A stretch of 63,622 nucleotides of DNA, filler included, from Licmophora abbreviata (GCA_900291995.1; 14 parts of 14 records of this genome joined end to end with filler, not necessarily neighbours in it), one strand, 5' to 3'. Positions 34,013-47,441 are shown, counted from the first letter of the whole stretch. Program-made: numbers and translations. The notes: generated by a model from the sequence alone, not told the origin.

Positions 34013-37000
34013 TCAAGACTCAATCGTTCCGTGCTTCAACTTTTCCGCTTCGGCCGCGTGCATGTTGAAGACTTGCTCCAGGGTTGTCTGGCTGACACCG
34101 TAGTCCGAAAGCATCAACACCTCCTTGTTATCTTCAATGTTGGCAAAGATATTGGAAATCTTCAAGCTCTCACTGTCAACTTCGTATCGAGCCTTTCCAT
34201 CCTGTCGCTCACGAAGAATCGAGTTGGGATACGTTGCCTCCACAAAGCCCTGAAGACCACGCATGCGCAATTCCGCCGTGGCAAACGAGGCGAGCTCATT
34301 CAACGTGACACCATTTTCGGACGACGCAGCCTTGAATACGACATAGCCCGTTGGGCTGTCTCCCCGGACCATACTAGAGAGGTACTCATCGCCCGTCAGC
34401 GATTTGAGTGCCGATACGGCCTCGTTGAGATTCAAGAACTTTTCATCTGCTTCTCGCAGGCTTTCTTCGCTCGCCATAGCTCCACCTTCTTCGTCTGCGT
34501 TGAAGTCTTCTGCGCTGGCTTCCGTGTCCTGCAGCTTGGCAAGGTTGGCAATGTAGTCCTTGTCGGACCTGTCGACATCCTTCAACTTGAGTTCCATCTG
34601 ATAGCCCTGTCCGAAGCGAGTCTTCAGGTGCTGAGCAGATCCCAAGCAACGAAGCTTCCCCGTCGCCATAATGGCAATGCGAGGACAGAGCGCCTCGCAT
34701 TCCTCCATGGAGTGGGTCGTAAGAATCACACTCGTGCGCTCTTCCGCCGGGACGTTGCCACCAGTGACCATGTTGGAGATCACCTTCCACAAGTCGCGAC
34801 GTGCAACGGGGTCCATACCGGTACTAGGCTCGTCTAAGAATACAATCTGGGGTTGCCCGATCGTGGCGCATGCAACACTGAGCTTGCGTTTCATTCCCCC
34901 GCTATAGCCGGCGCTGAGTCGCTCTCGATCGGTCTCGTCAAGGCCGATCTCGTCCAGCTTAGCTGCCGCGGCCTCCTTGACGGTCGCTGCAGGGACACCT
35001 TTGATGGAAGCATACAGTTCGACATGCTCTCGTCCGGTCATGTTCGTGAAGTGGGCGTCGAACTGGGGACAGTAGCCGATACGGCGACGTGTCATTTCTG
35101 GCTGCCCGGTGACGCTAAATCCAGCCAGCGTGGCATCGCCACCGGAAGGAGGAAATTCTGCAGTCAACATTCCCATGGTCGTGGTTTTGCCTGCGCCATT
35201 GATTCCGAGCTAGCCAGGAAAATTTGAACAAGATAACATGTTAGGGGCAATCGAAAATTTTGCTGACGAAGGATAATAACGACTATTCGCACTTACGAGC
35301 CCAAAGCACTGTCCTGCCGGGATACCAAAAGAAATATTATCCACAGCAAGCTTGCCGTTCGGGTACTGCTTGGTGAGTTCGTTCACAACGATCAGGTCGT
35401 CGTTAGCTTCGCCATTCAAAACGCGTTCTTGCTCTGTCACAACATCTTGGTCGTCCGGGATTGTTCCTTGAGAGTTCTCATGCGCGACGCCTCGCTTAGA
35501 GCAAAAGCAGCGGCACGTGATAAACCGGATAAGACAGTTCCAGCGCGAGACAGCCTTGGGGTTCGAGGACCATTTGTCGATCTGAATCGCCAAAAGAATG
35601 TAGACAATAGACTCGACAGCAAGAAATATTACTTCGTAAAGCAAAATTGCACTGTCCCAGACAGTGATATCAGGATCGCCTTCAATAAAGCCATACAATT
35701 CAATGTTGATCGTGTTGTATAAACCCTTTCCAAGGCAGAAGGAAGGGATAAAGCGAAGCACCCACTCCAGTGCTACAGCGATATCCACCAACTTTGGGTT
35801 GGGGTCATTTGGGTCCTTGCCGATAAATCGAAGAACAAATATAACGATCGGACCAGCCATTGAAATGATGAAGTTGAAGATGATAATAAACAGACTGCAC
35901 ATACTGGGCGAGTTGAAGGCGAACGACAGGCAGTACGTGAAGGCGGCGGCTGCGGGGCCGAACAGGATTAGCAAAGAAAGTGTTCCACCGAGAATGCCAC
36001 GTTCCGTTGTAGTGAAAGTGCTGATGTCGAATATGAACATCAAAATCACTGTAATCCATAGAGGAAGTTGGTAGTTCATGATATCCCAGAGGTAGGTGGA
36101 CATCCAGTATGAGGTCGGCTTCACTCCAGCAACCGTTTGGAGGTGCTTGGCCTTGGAAGCTCTCTCGGCTACGACGAACGTTCCAAAGGACGCCCCGATA
36201 AAAGGGAAGCTCAGCACAATCAGGAACCAAGCGCTAAATGAGTCGTCCGCTTTCCCGTAGCCTTCCTCTATCGCAGTGATCGGCATCGGGTGGAAGGTGG
36301 GCGTGATGGTGAATTCGTCGTCTCCGAGGGTCTCTCGAATCAGCGACTCGTCCGCCAGGGACTGATACAAAGGCTACCTCCGACAGAATCGACAAAGAAA
36401 ACAGAAAAGTTAGTCCGCGCACTAGCGGCAAACGCCTCAGGCGTGCGCCGTGACTTACGGAACCGTGTTTCGCTGTGTAGTTGTAGCTCACTACATATCC
36501 AATGCCTCCGTACTTGGTGCAAAGAGTCTCTGGAGTCACGTAGTCTCGATCAAGAGCCTGGCAAGCAGCAACAACTGATTCCCCGTATGTGCTTCCATCA
36601 TTGGTGGTGCTGGCCACCTCGTGAGTAAAGTAAATTGCGCCATACTGGGTTGCCGCGTACGAATTGCTGTTTGCGAGAAGGTCGCTTGAAGCCTAGAGCA
36701 AGGTAGAACAGACACGTATCCGTTGAGTAAACACAGGTAAGGGACGTCAGTTTCGGAATAATCTAGCCATAAGGACATACCTCTTCAACCTCCGACACGA
36801 GTCTTTCAATTGAAACAGCTCCAGCAGCAGTGATTCCGCCGACATTCTCGACAGAGTCAGCGATGGTGCAAGATGATGTGATGTTGTCAAGGAATCCAGC
36901 CCNNNNNNNNNNNNNNNNNNNNNNNNNNNNNNNNNNNNNNNNNNNNTTAATTAATTAANNNNNNNNNNNNNNNNNNNNNNNNNNNNNNNNNNNNNNNNNN

Positions 37001-40000
37001 NNTGGTGCAAGATGATGTGATGTTGTCAAGGAATCCAGCCCCACAAAAAAGTGTAAAACTCGCCTGTAAGCCCACTGTCGATCACCTCTGTATTGAAGGA
37101 GGCACAGTTTCCCGGATTACAACTGAATACTCCCGGGGAATTAAAAGGGATTGGGTTGCGCGGAGCCGTCTTGACGTCGACGTTGTAGTCGTCAAGAGTA
37201 AGGGCTAGAGAACCATAGTCCCCTTCAGAAAGGGGGGCAAACCTGAAGATCAACATACCAATCAAAACAAATATGCTTGGGAGAATCGTCGAGCAGACCC
37301 ACGCTTTCTTGTCTCTCTTGAAATTCAAGGCGCGCTTCTGGAACAGGGCTGCTACATGACGAGTAAACAGGCCCTCCTTCTGTAGGTCCATTCTGGAACG
37401 TGTGCTCTTATCGAGGTCTGTCTGCATCGCTTCTCCAAGTCTTGCTGAGGACGCAAGCGTCTCCTTATCGCCAGTCTCACCGCGTGCCACCATCAAGAAA
37501 ACCTCATCAAGCGTTGTGATGCTTACCCCATATGTAACGATCGCACCCTTCTCAACTTCCCCATCGAGGGCTTCGAACATTGGTTGGAAGTCCGAAGACG
37601 AGCTGAGCGGGAGTTGAAAGCTCATTTCAGTGCCGACGTTACTCAGTAGACTGGCCTTGGGGATAGCTCCCTTGACAATGTGGTGAAGGTGCTGGTCGTC
37701 GCTTTCCACTGGAACTCCTGTGTCGACAGTAGCCTCACCCGATAACGCAACGTCGTCGGCATCATACTCCACACCGTTCTCATAATGAGCGACGACATTA
37801 CGATTCGCGCTGTTGCCAGTTGACGCATTCTTTTCGATTGTGAGCTGATAGCCCACACCGTACGACTTCTTCAGGAAAAGAGAGCTGCCCGCACAGCGGA
37901 GCTGGCCCTCCGCCATGATGGCGATTCTATCGCCGAGTATGTCTGCTTCGTCCATAAAATGTGTCGTTAGAATGATGCAACGATCTTCCCTGTACTGCCG
38001 AATCACGTTCCACGTGAATCTGCGCGAGAAAGGGTCCATTCCGCTTGTTGGCTCGTCCAAAAGAACTGTCTTGCTGCCACCACAGAACGCAATGGCGACG
38101 CTAAGCTTCCTCTTCATTCCGCCACTGAGATTTTTGCTGTAGGTGTTCTGCTTTTCGAGAAGAGCTACGTCTTCGATCGATTCAAGAATCTTCCTATCGG
38201 CTTCTTCTCGACTCTCTCTTGCATACAAACCCTTGATTCGAGCAAAGAATTGAACATGTTCTTTCACCGTCAGAGTTGGAAAAAGGCAATCATGCTGCAA
38301 GCAAATCCCAATATCTTGGCGGATCTGACCCATCTGCGTGCGAATGTCCTTGCCGGAGACTACAGCGTATCCTGACGTTGGGGCCACCATGCCCGTAAGC
38401 CTGTCGGGAAAAGCAAAGAGTCGCCGTCAGCTTCAAGACCGCTTATTACATGGACAACATGGGTAGATGCAGACTCGATTATAAGAAGCAACTCGCACTT
38501 ACATATTGATTGTAGTCGTCTGCGAAAGTCGACGCAAAGTGGGAGGAGGAGAGTTAGGGTAAACACAACTGCGGTGAACGCAAAATACAGACAAGCCCTC
38601 GGAGAACGATGACTTACTTTTCCAGCGCCGTTATGACCAAGCAGCGCGGTGACCTGCCCGCTGTACATCGAAAGGCTAAGACCATCAACCGCGGTCTTTT
38701 CCCCATATTGCTTCCCTAGGTTGTGAATCTCAATGCTCTTTCCGTCCTTTGCTTGTTGGCGTAGAGCATCCCCTACAGGCTCCATAAGGATAGCTTCATC
38801 TTCGCTTTGAAGGTTTTCGTCGTCGGAATTTCTTGGTGCGTGTGCACTTCCAGGGCACCAGTAGCTACTTGTAAAGGGGAAAAACCAAGGTAGAGGCGTT
38901 CCAAAGTCGGCGGCGACAACTCGATTCAAGTACCACGACACGATTCCCCACAGAAAACTGCAGAACATCATAGCAGTGATGGAACTTTGGAAGGTGTACC
39001 CCGATGGATTATCAGTGTCATTAAAGGTAGAGCTTGTGACACCCACTCCCAAATCTTCCAGGCGACCGATCTCCTGGAGACCGAAGGAAAAGGCTGCAGC
39101 AGGATGCAGCGAACACAAGGCCAGAAGCCCCGAGCTAGCTGTTTGGAAATCGATGGCAATCGTCAAGAAGTATCCAATGAAGAAGATCAAAAGTCCAATG
39201 AGCGTGGCTCTTGTTGCTTTCGACAAAAAAGAAGCGATAAAAAGACAGTAGATGATCGTGGACAGCACGGCAAAGATCCAAAAGATGACCAAGTAGGCCG
39301 TCTCGGTTTTCGCATACAGAAAAGCGGAGGCAATAATGCACCCGATCATGGTAAGCAGATGGAATGCCAAAAAGGCCACGAACCAAGACCAGCCAATATC
39401 CTGCGACAGGAGTCAGAGCGTAGACTCTTAACGTAAGCACGCGTCACGCGCAACAGCGCAATTGCGATTGCTGCAAAAAAATAAACACGTACCGAGTCTG
39501 TCACGCTCATCATCTTCATGAGCTCCTTCTGTCGCAATTCCTTTTCCGATGTTACGGCCCGAATCATGGCGGACACGGGGTAAAGAAAACCAATGATAAC
39601 GAGAAGCGGCACGGCCTCCGAAATGGCATCGTAGAAGCCATCCTTCGTGAATTCAGGGGAGGGGAAGGGCACAAACTGGACACCGTGCTCCGATACAAAA
39701 GTGCCTGCGGCTTCCGCCCCCGAGTCAGCCATTATCCAGTCATCAACTAGCCGCTGTCCCACGAGAGCACCATTGTACAAGTAGAGTCCAGTGCATGAGT
39801 CCTGGAACGGGCCCTGATCTGGGGTACCCTCTCCGCCACAGAAGTCGTCAGCGCGCGCAAAGCTCTCAAACAGCGAATCTGTGGGCGGAGTAGTCTTGGC
39901 ACCGGGCCTCGACCGCTCTTCTAAGGCATTGAAGTTGGTGGAGTTCATCCGGAGCGTGTAGACATAGTCTTTTTCTGACTTTCCCTCCGCAAAAACAATT

Positions 40001-40782
40001 GCCAGGCCGATTCTCGGGTTGCCACCTTTTCCGTAGTCAGAACTCTTGATGTAGTCTTCGATCGCCTGGTTGCTCTCAAACTCGACGAGCAAACTCGCTC
40101 CAAACTTCGACGCGTTGTATACCGACGTGACTCGCTCCTGCAAGACCTCAGGATAACGACCTTCGACGTACGTCCTAAAGCTGTCCACATGCGCAAGACC
40201 GACCGTATCTTCTGCCGTACTGGGTGCTACAGCCACAATTTGATACTCACAGTACTGCGAGCGAGCGTCTTCTCCATTCGCCTGGCACGCATTACTGTCG
40301 CACTTGACCAAAGGCACTTGCCAGTTGTATGCGTCGGTATCCATACCGGTGATGCGATAACCTGATCCTCCCGTAACGATAAAGGCAGCCGAGCCGACAC
40401 ATATGCGCTCCGCTTGAATGGCAGTGACATAATCACTAAAGCTCAAGGGTTGAAAAGCGTCCGCATCGCTTGGGATATCAGGCGGCACAAGCTCTGGGGA
40501 GAAGCCATCCGTATCTTCAAGACTGAGCTTGATGGCCAACAAGATGCAAACGAAACCAATCGGAAGAAGGAGCTCCATGATCTGTGTTTGAAAGTGGGAA
40601 GAGTCGAGGGTTGTAAGTGATAATTGCTACTAGCACATATGTTTCGTTGAAGTAGCGAGACGACTCTCGTTTCATCGCTGCCTGTTGTTTCGGCGCCTGG
40701 TACTTACCGATCCAACGATGTTACGTTTGCGATAGACAAAGTTGCGACGCATCAATGCGCGCCACGAACGTGAGCATAGCAT
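34013..40782 (-). CDS. Full-length ABCA transporter, multi-exon, spanning gap 36903-37002
   Basis: Exon 1 (40782-40708) MLCSRSWRALMRRNFVYRKRN, EKELRQKELMKMM, NBD1 LLGHNGAGK/LSGGMKRKLS/DEPTSGMD, ERASKAKHLQ, NBD2 GINGAGKTT/YSGGMKRKLS/DEPSTGMD. Confidence 0.93.
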
Positions 40783-41659
40783 GGTAATAGATTCTCTTCA
40801 GATCCAACTAGTGTACGATACAACGAAGAATGATTCCACTGAAAAGGTGAGTACTTTTGCAATAAGATGATGGTTGAGTCTAAATTTGTGAGACTAGTTC
40901 GAGATCACGAGAACGTATTTCAGTCGTACCAAGCAAGTACGACCCAGCGAGNNNNNNNNNNNNNNNNNNNNNNNNNNNNNNNNNNNNNNNNNNNNTTAAT
41001 TAATTAANNNNNNNNNNNNNNNNNNNNNNNNNNNNNNNNNNNNNNNNNNNNTCACGAGAACGTATTTCAGTCGTACCAAGCAAGTACGACCCAGCGAGAA
41101 CAGCGAAGAAAACATTCGCATATTTGTGAGCAGTACAATCTGCGTGTATTTCTACGCCGGAAGTCACTGGAACAAAATCTGACACAAAGCAATGATGATG
41201 AAACCTGGATTTGAGTTTGGGATCCTGGGACTCACCAAATTAGGAACTCAGGTTTCGAAATAAGTCAGCCACTCCAAGAGAGACACCGAGACTCTATCTA
41301 GAGTCAGCCAAGCGAAGCGGTAGCAACAAACGAGAGCAACAAATGACGCCTTCTTTGTTGCCAGGTTTTGTGTTTGCTTCCGGAACGAGAACACAAACAA
41401 AGTTTTAAGTTTTGAAACACGTACGTGGTGTATGTCCTACTCATAAGTAACAGTGATATTTGTTATTATGTCCATGACAAACAACTTGTTTGTATAAGAT
41501 TATATATACATATATTATATATACATATATGTCATACGTTTTCAGTACTATATTAGCGTACAAAATCGCGTAGCGTGGGAGATTTGGAATTGCCAAACGC
41601 AGCCGCTGCGTTCATTGATTGCACCTCGTACCTCTCGACGACAAGGGACTGACTCCGGC

Positions 41660-42697
41660 ATGAGGGACCTCTTAGATCCCTTCCACCGCCTACTGGCGCA
41701 CGATTCTAACACTACGTCTCCCTCTGGTGCTATGGTAGGAGGACTTGTGGAAGGGGAGGGAACCACGGGCTTTGAAAAGACTTCAGACGCGCTACTTGGG
41801 TTGGCCTTCTTGATTACTGCTGTCGTTGCAGCGAAGCGCATGACGTGGAGTCGACAGCAAGGAGGAGCCGAAACGACTGTCGTCACTGCATTCTACAGTC
41901 TCATTCTTTTCACTGCGGGCCTTCGATCTGTTTGGTTCTTGGTCCCGAACAATGTCTGGCAGCCTTCCTACACCCCAATGGCCGTAATGGCGTTCGATCC
42001 CGAATATCCGTCGTGGGTAGGACTCTTTCTCAGTGAGACGCTCATGACGACAGGGTCTCTCTGTCTCTTTTCCATCTTTATCTTAATTCTGGTGTACTGG
42101 GCCGATATTCTCAAAAAGTATTTTTATCCCGGAACGCGGAGGAGTCGACCCATGCTAACTTTCTTTACCCTCGTGGCCGTTCTGGTCGCTTTGGAGATGG
42201 TAAATGGTTTGCTCTTCTTGCTGCAATTCTTTTCCAGCGAAGCCATGATTTTGTGCAATGCCGTATTGTTGGCGATGGTGTCCGTTGTTTGCGTCTTCGA
42301 AATTACAATCTTTTCCCATCGCTTTCGAAGTGTCTTGAAAACACTCGGGGCAATTAATCAAGTCAGCACGGAATCGCAGGTGCGGCGTATCGTTTGGATA
42401 ACGGTTACTGGAAACTTGTTCTTCTTTACGCGAGCCTTCCTGGAAACATCCTTTGCACTCATGCTTATGGTATACTGGCATCAATACGGGACAGTGGATC
42501 GCATCTTTTCCCACAAATTGTGGGATACATACATGCTGTTGAAGCATTGGAGTGAAGTTGCGATACTGTGTTTGATGCTGTATATTCTGCAATCGCGGTT
42601 TGCGGCGGCGGCGCAGGCGGCGGGAGATGGATATGAGCAAGTACCAGAAGCCGAAGGAGGCAGTGAAGAGAGCAAGCAACCTTCAATGAATGTGTAG
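41660..42697 (+). CDS. THH1/TOM1/TOM3 (DUF1084)-like seven-TM protein
   Basis: About 7 hydrophobic helices. FSIFILILVYWAD and RRIV.ITV....FF.RA resemble the TOM1 family. Confidence 0.6.
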   Translation: MRDLLDPFHRLLAHDSNTTSPSGAMVGGLVEGEGTTGFEKTSDALLGLAFLITAVVAAKRMTWSRQQGGAETTVVTAFYSLILFTAGLRSVWFLVPNNVWQPSYTPMAVMAFDPEYPSWVGLFLSETLMTTGSLCLFSIFILILVYWADILKKYFYPGTRRSRPMLTFFTLVAVLVALEMVNGLLFLLQFFSSEAMILCNAVLLAMVSVVCVFEITIFSHRFRSVLKTLGAINQVSTESQVRRIVWITVTGNLFFFTRAFLETSFALMLMVYWHQYGTVDRIFSHKLWDTYMLLKHWSEVAILCLMLYILQSRFAAAAQAAGDGYEQVPEAEGGSEESKQPSMNV

Positions 42698-43363
42698 AGG
42701 AAGCTGTGATGGCCTTCGGGTACGTGGTGCCTTGTTTGAAACTATGTTGAGCGACAATGACTCATAGATGCGGAATGCCAAAAAAGGCCCAGAGGCGCTT
42801 AACGGACGTCGTACTTTATGTTCTGAAGTTTTATCTAGGATGTCATACCATCCCTTAACTACATACTATTGTGCAAGCTCTTGATAGGCGGCTGTGTGCC
42901 TTCCCGAGGAGCATGGGACTCGCCCGACCACATACGACAGGTGGCATTCCGGGTAGCTTAAACTGTTGACTTGCAATAGTAGTTGAGCCGTCGCATGGAC
43001 GACAAGAAATCGTCTCTTTCAAGTCGAGTCAGTCAGTCAAGTCAATCGATCGATCGATCGATTTGTGAGCCATCCGATGATGGCCAGACGTCCACATCGT
43101 CCAACTGGCCACCGCCGCTCGAGTGTGAAAGTGCCGGACTCCTCGCAAATGCTTGATTAGCCGTACCAGGGACCAGTAGCTGACTTGGATATGTTGAGCG
43201 ACGCGGATGACTGAGTGGTGTGTTGCGGCGAGAAATCAAACCTACTGAAGATCTGAAGATGGTATTTTCTTTCGTGGCTCTAAAGTACCGAATTTAGCGT
43301 AGTATTACTACTACCTCGTAGTTGCCTTCCTTTCTTCGGCGCAACTTGCTGTGTCGCTCTAGC

Positions 43364-43882
43364 TCAAAGCACAAGCAGCCACTGGCTGCTATCCATGGGA
43401 AGAGACTTGACGCCCAAGATCATGATCGCGGCACACATTGCCAAACAGATCGTGAGACGATTCGCTGTGCCATCGAGTCTGAACAAGCTGCGACGCTGCT
43501 GTTCTTGCTTGGAGCGCTTTTGCACCTCTAGCACATGTTGAAAATGGACAGAACGATACCAGGCCTGGGTCGTCACGGCAGCAGACATGCGGCGCTCTTC
43601 CTCTCTGGAGCTCCGCAATTCTTCAAGCTGGTGCTTGCCGCTGATAATTCGCTGTTGTGTCTGGATCGTCAATGCAGCGGTACCGCGACGCTCTTCCTCT
43701 TTGGCGCGCTTCAATTCATCGAGCTCGTGTGCTGCGTGTAGGATACGGTACTGAGACTGAATCTTGATCGCAGCAGTCGATCGTTTTTTGGTGCGCTTCA
43801 TCTCTTGCATCTTGTTCTCCGCTTGCACACGACGAAACCACGTCTGCATAGTTAGAGCGGCGGCTTGTGATACGCGACTCAT
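43364..43882 (-). CDS. Small IQ-motif (calmodulin-binding) protein with C-terminal hydrophobic helix
   Basis: Four ~30-aa units (AALTMQTWFR, AAIKIQSQYR, AALTIQTQQR, AAVTTQAWYR). Start uncertain. Confidence 0.55.
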   Translation of the reverse strand: MSRVSQAAALTMQTWFRRVQAENKMQEMKRTKKRSTAAIKIQSQYRILHAAHELDELKRAKEEERRGTAALTIQTQQRIISGKHQLEELRSSREEERRMSAAVTTQAWYRSVHFQHVLEVQKRSKQEQQRRSLFRLDGTANRLTICLAMCAAIMILGVKSLPMDSSQWLLVL

Positions 43883-44243
43883 GGTTTGGAGTGAAACGAA
43901 GCTCTTCAAAAATCAATTGTTTCTAGAAAAGGAACAGCATGTAAACGAGTGAGCTTCTGGTCGTAAACTACTTGTAGTCAGTAGTGTCGTCGTTACATTC
44001 TGATGATGATTGTCAATCGACAACCGGGAATGGCAGTTCGGAAGGTAGTCTGTGGGAACGTTAGCAATGAAAGATCCAAAAGATCCCATTTTGGTGCACA
44101 ATTGAGTTTCAAACTTTGTAATTTTGTCTGTGTCGATGTTTTGAGAAACTGACGAGCCACGACACAACAGAGCATCGCACGTCTGCCTCTTTGAACTGTT
44201 CTGTTTCGCTTGTATTCTTGCTCTTTTCTCCCCTACTTGCTCC

Positions 44244-45901
44244 ATGATGAAGTTTCAAGGTCAGTCAATGTAATTTGGGGTGCAGAATTGATCGAAAATT
44301 CCTGAAAGGTCGTAAAATGAGCTCCATCGCTTCTGTTCTTCTCGTTTCGGAACATGAGCGTTGGAGTGTCTTTCTCGTACTGTTTCTACGCCACTTCTAC
44401 GAGAGTCGTGACCGCCATCACGATGGCACGAAAGTCAAACTAGTTTGCGCAGACCTACCTGGTACCTGCTTGCTAACCTCTTTGCTTATTCTCTTTCTTT
44501 TTCTCTGTCGCTCTTGCCGTACAGCTTTGCTCCTTTGGTTGACTACGGTGGCCCCTACTGTGGCCAAGACCGTCACGATCCCGCTTCACAAGCGCTCCGA
44601 CGACGACATGGTCCTAGCGCATGTCAAGCGCGAGCGTGACTTTCTCGTTGCCTTGCAAGAAACGAAGGCGACGATTCAAGTCGAGAATCTAGAAGAGCCT
44701 CTCCATGAGTCTGCCGTGGCTCGCAAGCTTCGTGGTGCTTCCACATCGACTTCGCCCTCTCTATCTTCTGAAAATGAGTCCATCAAGGACTATTCGAACG
44801 CGCAGTACTATGGAACGATCAGCGTCGGCGACCCTGCGCAGTCCTTTCAAGTCATCTTTGACACGGGATCTTCCAATCTCTGGATCCCAAAGGTCGGCTG
44901 CTCGCATTGTGGCATTCCCTTTATTGCACAGAAGAGCAAATACAACCATGACTCCTCTACGAGCTACGAGTCGGACGGTTCGGAGTTTGAGATCATGTAT
45001 GGCAGCGGTGAGAAGCATGGTTGCATACATCGCAATGTACTAAAAGGCATGACACGAGGACCACCGCATTTAACCATTCGACTCACACTCATTTCATGTT
45101 CTATCTCGTATCTCGACAGGATCGGTCAATGGATTCTTCTCGTTTGATACCGTGACACTTGCGGATGATATTTCTGTCAATCGTCAACGATTCGCCGAAG
45201 TTCAAGATGCCGGTGGACTCGGTATGGCTTATGCTCTGGGAAAGTTCGATGGTATTCTGGGACTTGGGTTCACGTCTATTAGCATCGATGGCACGCCAAC
45301 CGTCTTTGAGAATGCCATTCAGCAGAATGCTGTCGATCAGCCCGTCTTTAGCTTTTACTTGGGCGACAATGCACCTGGTGAACTCACCTTCGGTGGATAC
45401 GACAGTAGCAAGTTTGAAGGGGACTTGCAGTTTGTCAAATTGGACGAAGCGACGTACTGGCAGATTACGCTTGACAAAATTGAAGCTGGAGACAAGTACA
45501 AGAAGGAACCTAGTAGTGAAGATGACAAGATTACTGCCATCGTCGATAGCGGTACCAGTCTCATGGTCGGTCCCAAGTCGGAGGTTACCAAGTTGGCTCT
45601 ATCGGTCGGTGCGAAACCCAACATCATGGGCGAGTACACAGTCGATTGCAAGACGGTGGATAGTTTGCCCGATGTCACATTTACGATTGGTGGAATCGAA
45701 TACACGCTTCCTGGAAAATCACTCGTGATTCAGGCACAAGGCATTTGTCTGTTTACGTTCATGGGCATGGACTTTCCTGCCGGGGGACCGCAGTGGATCT
45801 TGGGTGATGTCTTTATGCGCGAGTACTATACTGTGTTCAATTACGTCGACAAGACTGTCGGTTTTGCCAAGGCTATTGGTAGTAGCAACCAGGAGGAGTA
45901 A
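44244..45901 (+). CDS. A1 aspartic protease (cathepsin D/pepsin-like), 3 exons (44244-44259, 44525-45007, 45120-45901)
   Basis: Spliced signal peptide MMKFQALLLWL, NAQYYG, catalytic FDTGSS and VDSGTS, FDGILGLG, WILGDVF. Confidence 0.95.
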
Positions 45902-46496
45902 GAGTAGTGCCGGATGAGGAGATGGACAAAAAGTATGATGAATAGAGGTTGTTGGAAAGAGTGATGGAGCGCCGCGTTGTCTGAGTTTAATGGAAAGCGA
46001 GTGGTGTTGCGCACGTTTGGTTTTGCAATCTCGATAAGTAGCAAGGACGATAGTTCATAGCAGTCGATCTACATGCATGCTATGATAGCAAGTCTCACTC
46101 AGGGGACAGACGAACGTTTGTCTTCTGAGCTTTCCATCGGACTTTCAGGATTTTGATGGGTATAAGTGCGATTGTGTTGTTCTCCGTGGGCTATTTGAGA
46201 TAAAACAGAAGTGGAAAAGTTGCGAAAACAGTATACTCGAATCACAATTGAACTTGTGTTAGCTGGCGGTTGTAGTCTACCCGTGTAGGAACTACTCGTG
46301 AGTCGAGTCCGATTGGAACATAACATCCCACGACTCGCATCCTCGAATCAGCACATTGATGTGTGCATTATGTGATGCGAACTCGCGACGCAAAAGACAT
46401 AACCACTAACCACGACAAAAGCGCAAAAGAGAAGGAGAACTTCTTCTTGACATCCCATTGCTGTTCCCTTCTTCGCACAGAGAATCTTTGGCCGTG

Positions 46497-47441
46497 ATGA
46501 ATCGACTATTCCCTCTTTTCCTCTTCTCCACTAGTATCAGCTCAGGGGCGCGTGCGTTCATGCTGTTACCGACGACGAGCGTGGCGGATTGCGGCCAGAG
46601 GAGATTGAGTGTAAATTGTCACGGAGAGTACCACCAGTCGATCTCTGGTGTTCCGCACAAACCAGTTGAAAGTTCTCTGTTTGACACAAATCCATTGCAT
46701 CGACAGCGATGGCGCTCTGGAATCATTCCTCTCAGTGTCGCCCGGTCAACTAGTACGAACGATGACGAAAGTTGTGGTGACGAGCAAGCACGGTCACTCG
46801 AAATGGAAGCCTCGAAGCAACGAGTCGAATCGTGGGAGAATGATAGCAAACTGGTTGAGCTGGTGCTGTTAGTGACATGGGCAGCCTCAATTAGTGCCTT
46901 TATTTTGATCAACAACTTCATTGGTCCCTGGCCAGAAATCATGAAAGATGTTCCGGAGCGAATCTACTTTGTCATTCACATGATGGGCGGCATGTTGTTC
47001 GGCGGGGGCATCATTCTCACGACTTGTATCGAATGGCTCGTGGTACAAAACAAAAACTCGCCTGTACTTCAGTTTTGGTTTGATAAGGTGCCGTTGTTGG
47101 ATGCTGCGATTGTATTGCCTGCACTAACGGCGGTCATGGCTAGCGGGACGGGGTTGAGCATTGTGCGCTATGGCTCGTTGGGTTCAGCGCCGACGCACAT
47201 CAGTATCGTCTTTCATATGCTGATATTGTTTGCCGTATGGTGGGCCCTGACGGATCTCACGACACAAGGTATGGCGCTGACACAGATCAATGAATGGGCT
47301 GCGACGGCGGCTTTGCCGAGCGAAGAAGACCACAAGGAGATACCAAGGATTGTGGAGCTCCGCAAGATTAGCAATGTCGTGTCGTGCTTGTTCGTAGTCG
47401 CCTTGTATTATATCATGGTAATGAAGCCAGGGACTTTGTAA
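46497..47441 (+). CDS. Plastid-targeted membrane protein, DUF2269-like
   Basis: Signal peptide ending ARA-F, transit-like region, five TM helices, H..GG.LFGGG and C-terminal YIMVMKP. Confidence 0.6.
   Translation: MNRLFPLFLFSTSISSGARAFMLLPTTSVADCGQRRLSVNCHGEYHQSISGVPHKPVESSLFDTNPLHRQRWRSGIIPLSVARSTSTNDDESCGDEQARSLEMEASKQRVESWENDSKLVELVLLVTWAASISAFILINNFIGPWPEIMKDVPERIYFVIHMMGGMLFGGGIILTTCIEWLVVQNKNSPVLQFWFDKVPLLDAAIVLPALTAVMASGTGLSIVRYGSLGSAPTHISIVFHMLILFAVWWALTDLTTQGMALTQINEWAATAALPSEEDHKEIPRIVELRKISNVVSCLFVVALYYIMVMKPGTL

Noticed and set aside
41052..41560. Low-GC stretch as a diatom centromere
   Set aside because: Too short and only modestly AT-rich by eye.
43021..43062. AGTC/GATC microsatellite-like runs (also GACTC runs at ~11171 and ~22608, (CA)n at ~10930)
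   Set aside because: Short low-complexity intergenic tracts with no spacer structure; no function can be supported.
43913..44245. 110-aa minus-strand ORF as a first exon of the IQ gene
   Set aside because: Its ATG overlaps the start codon of the divergent aspartic protease, and I found no convincing in-frame splice.
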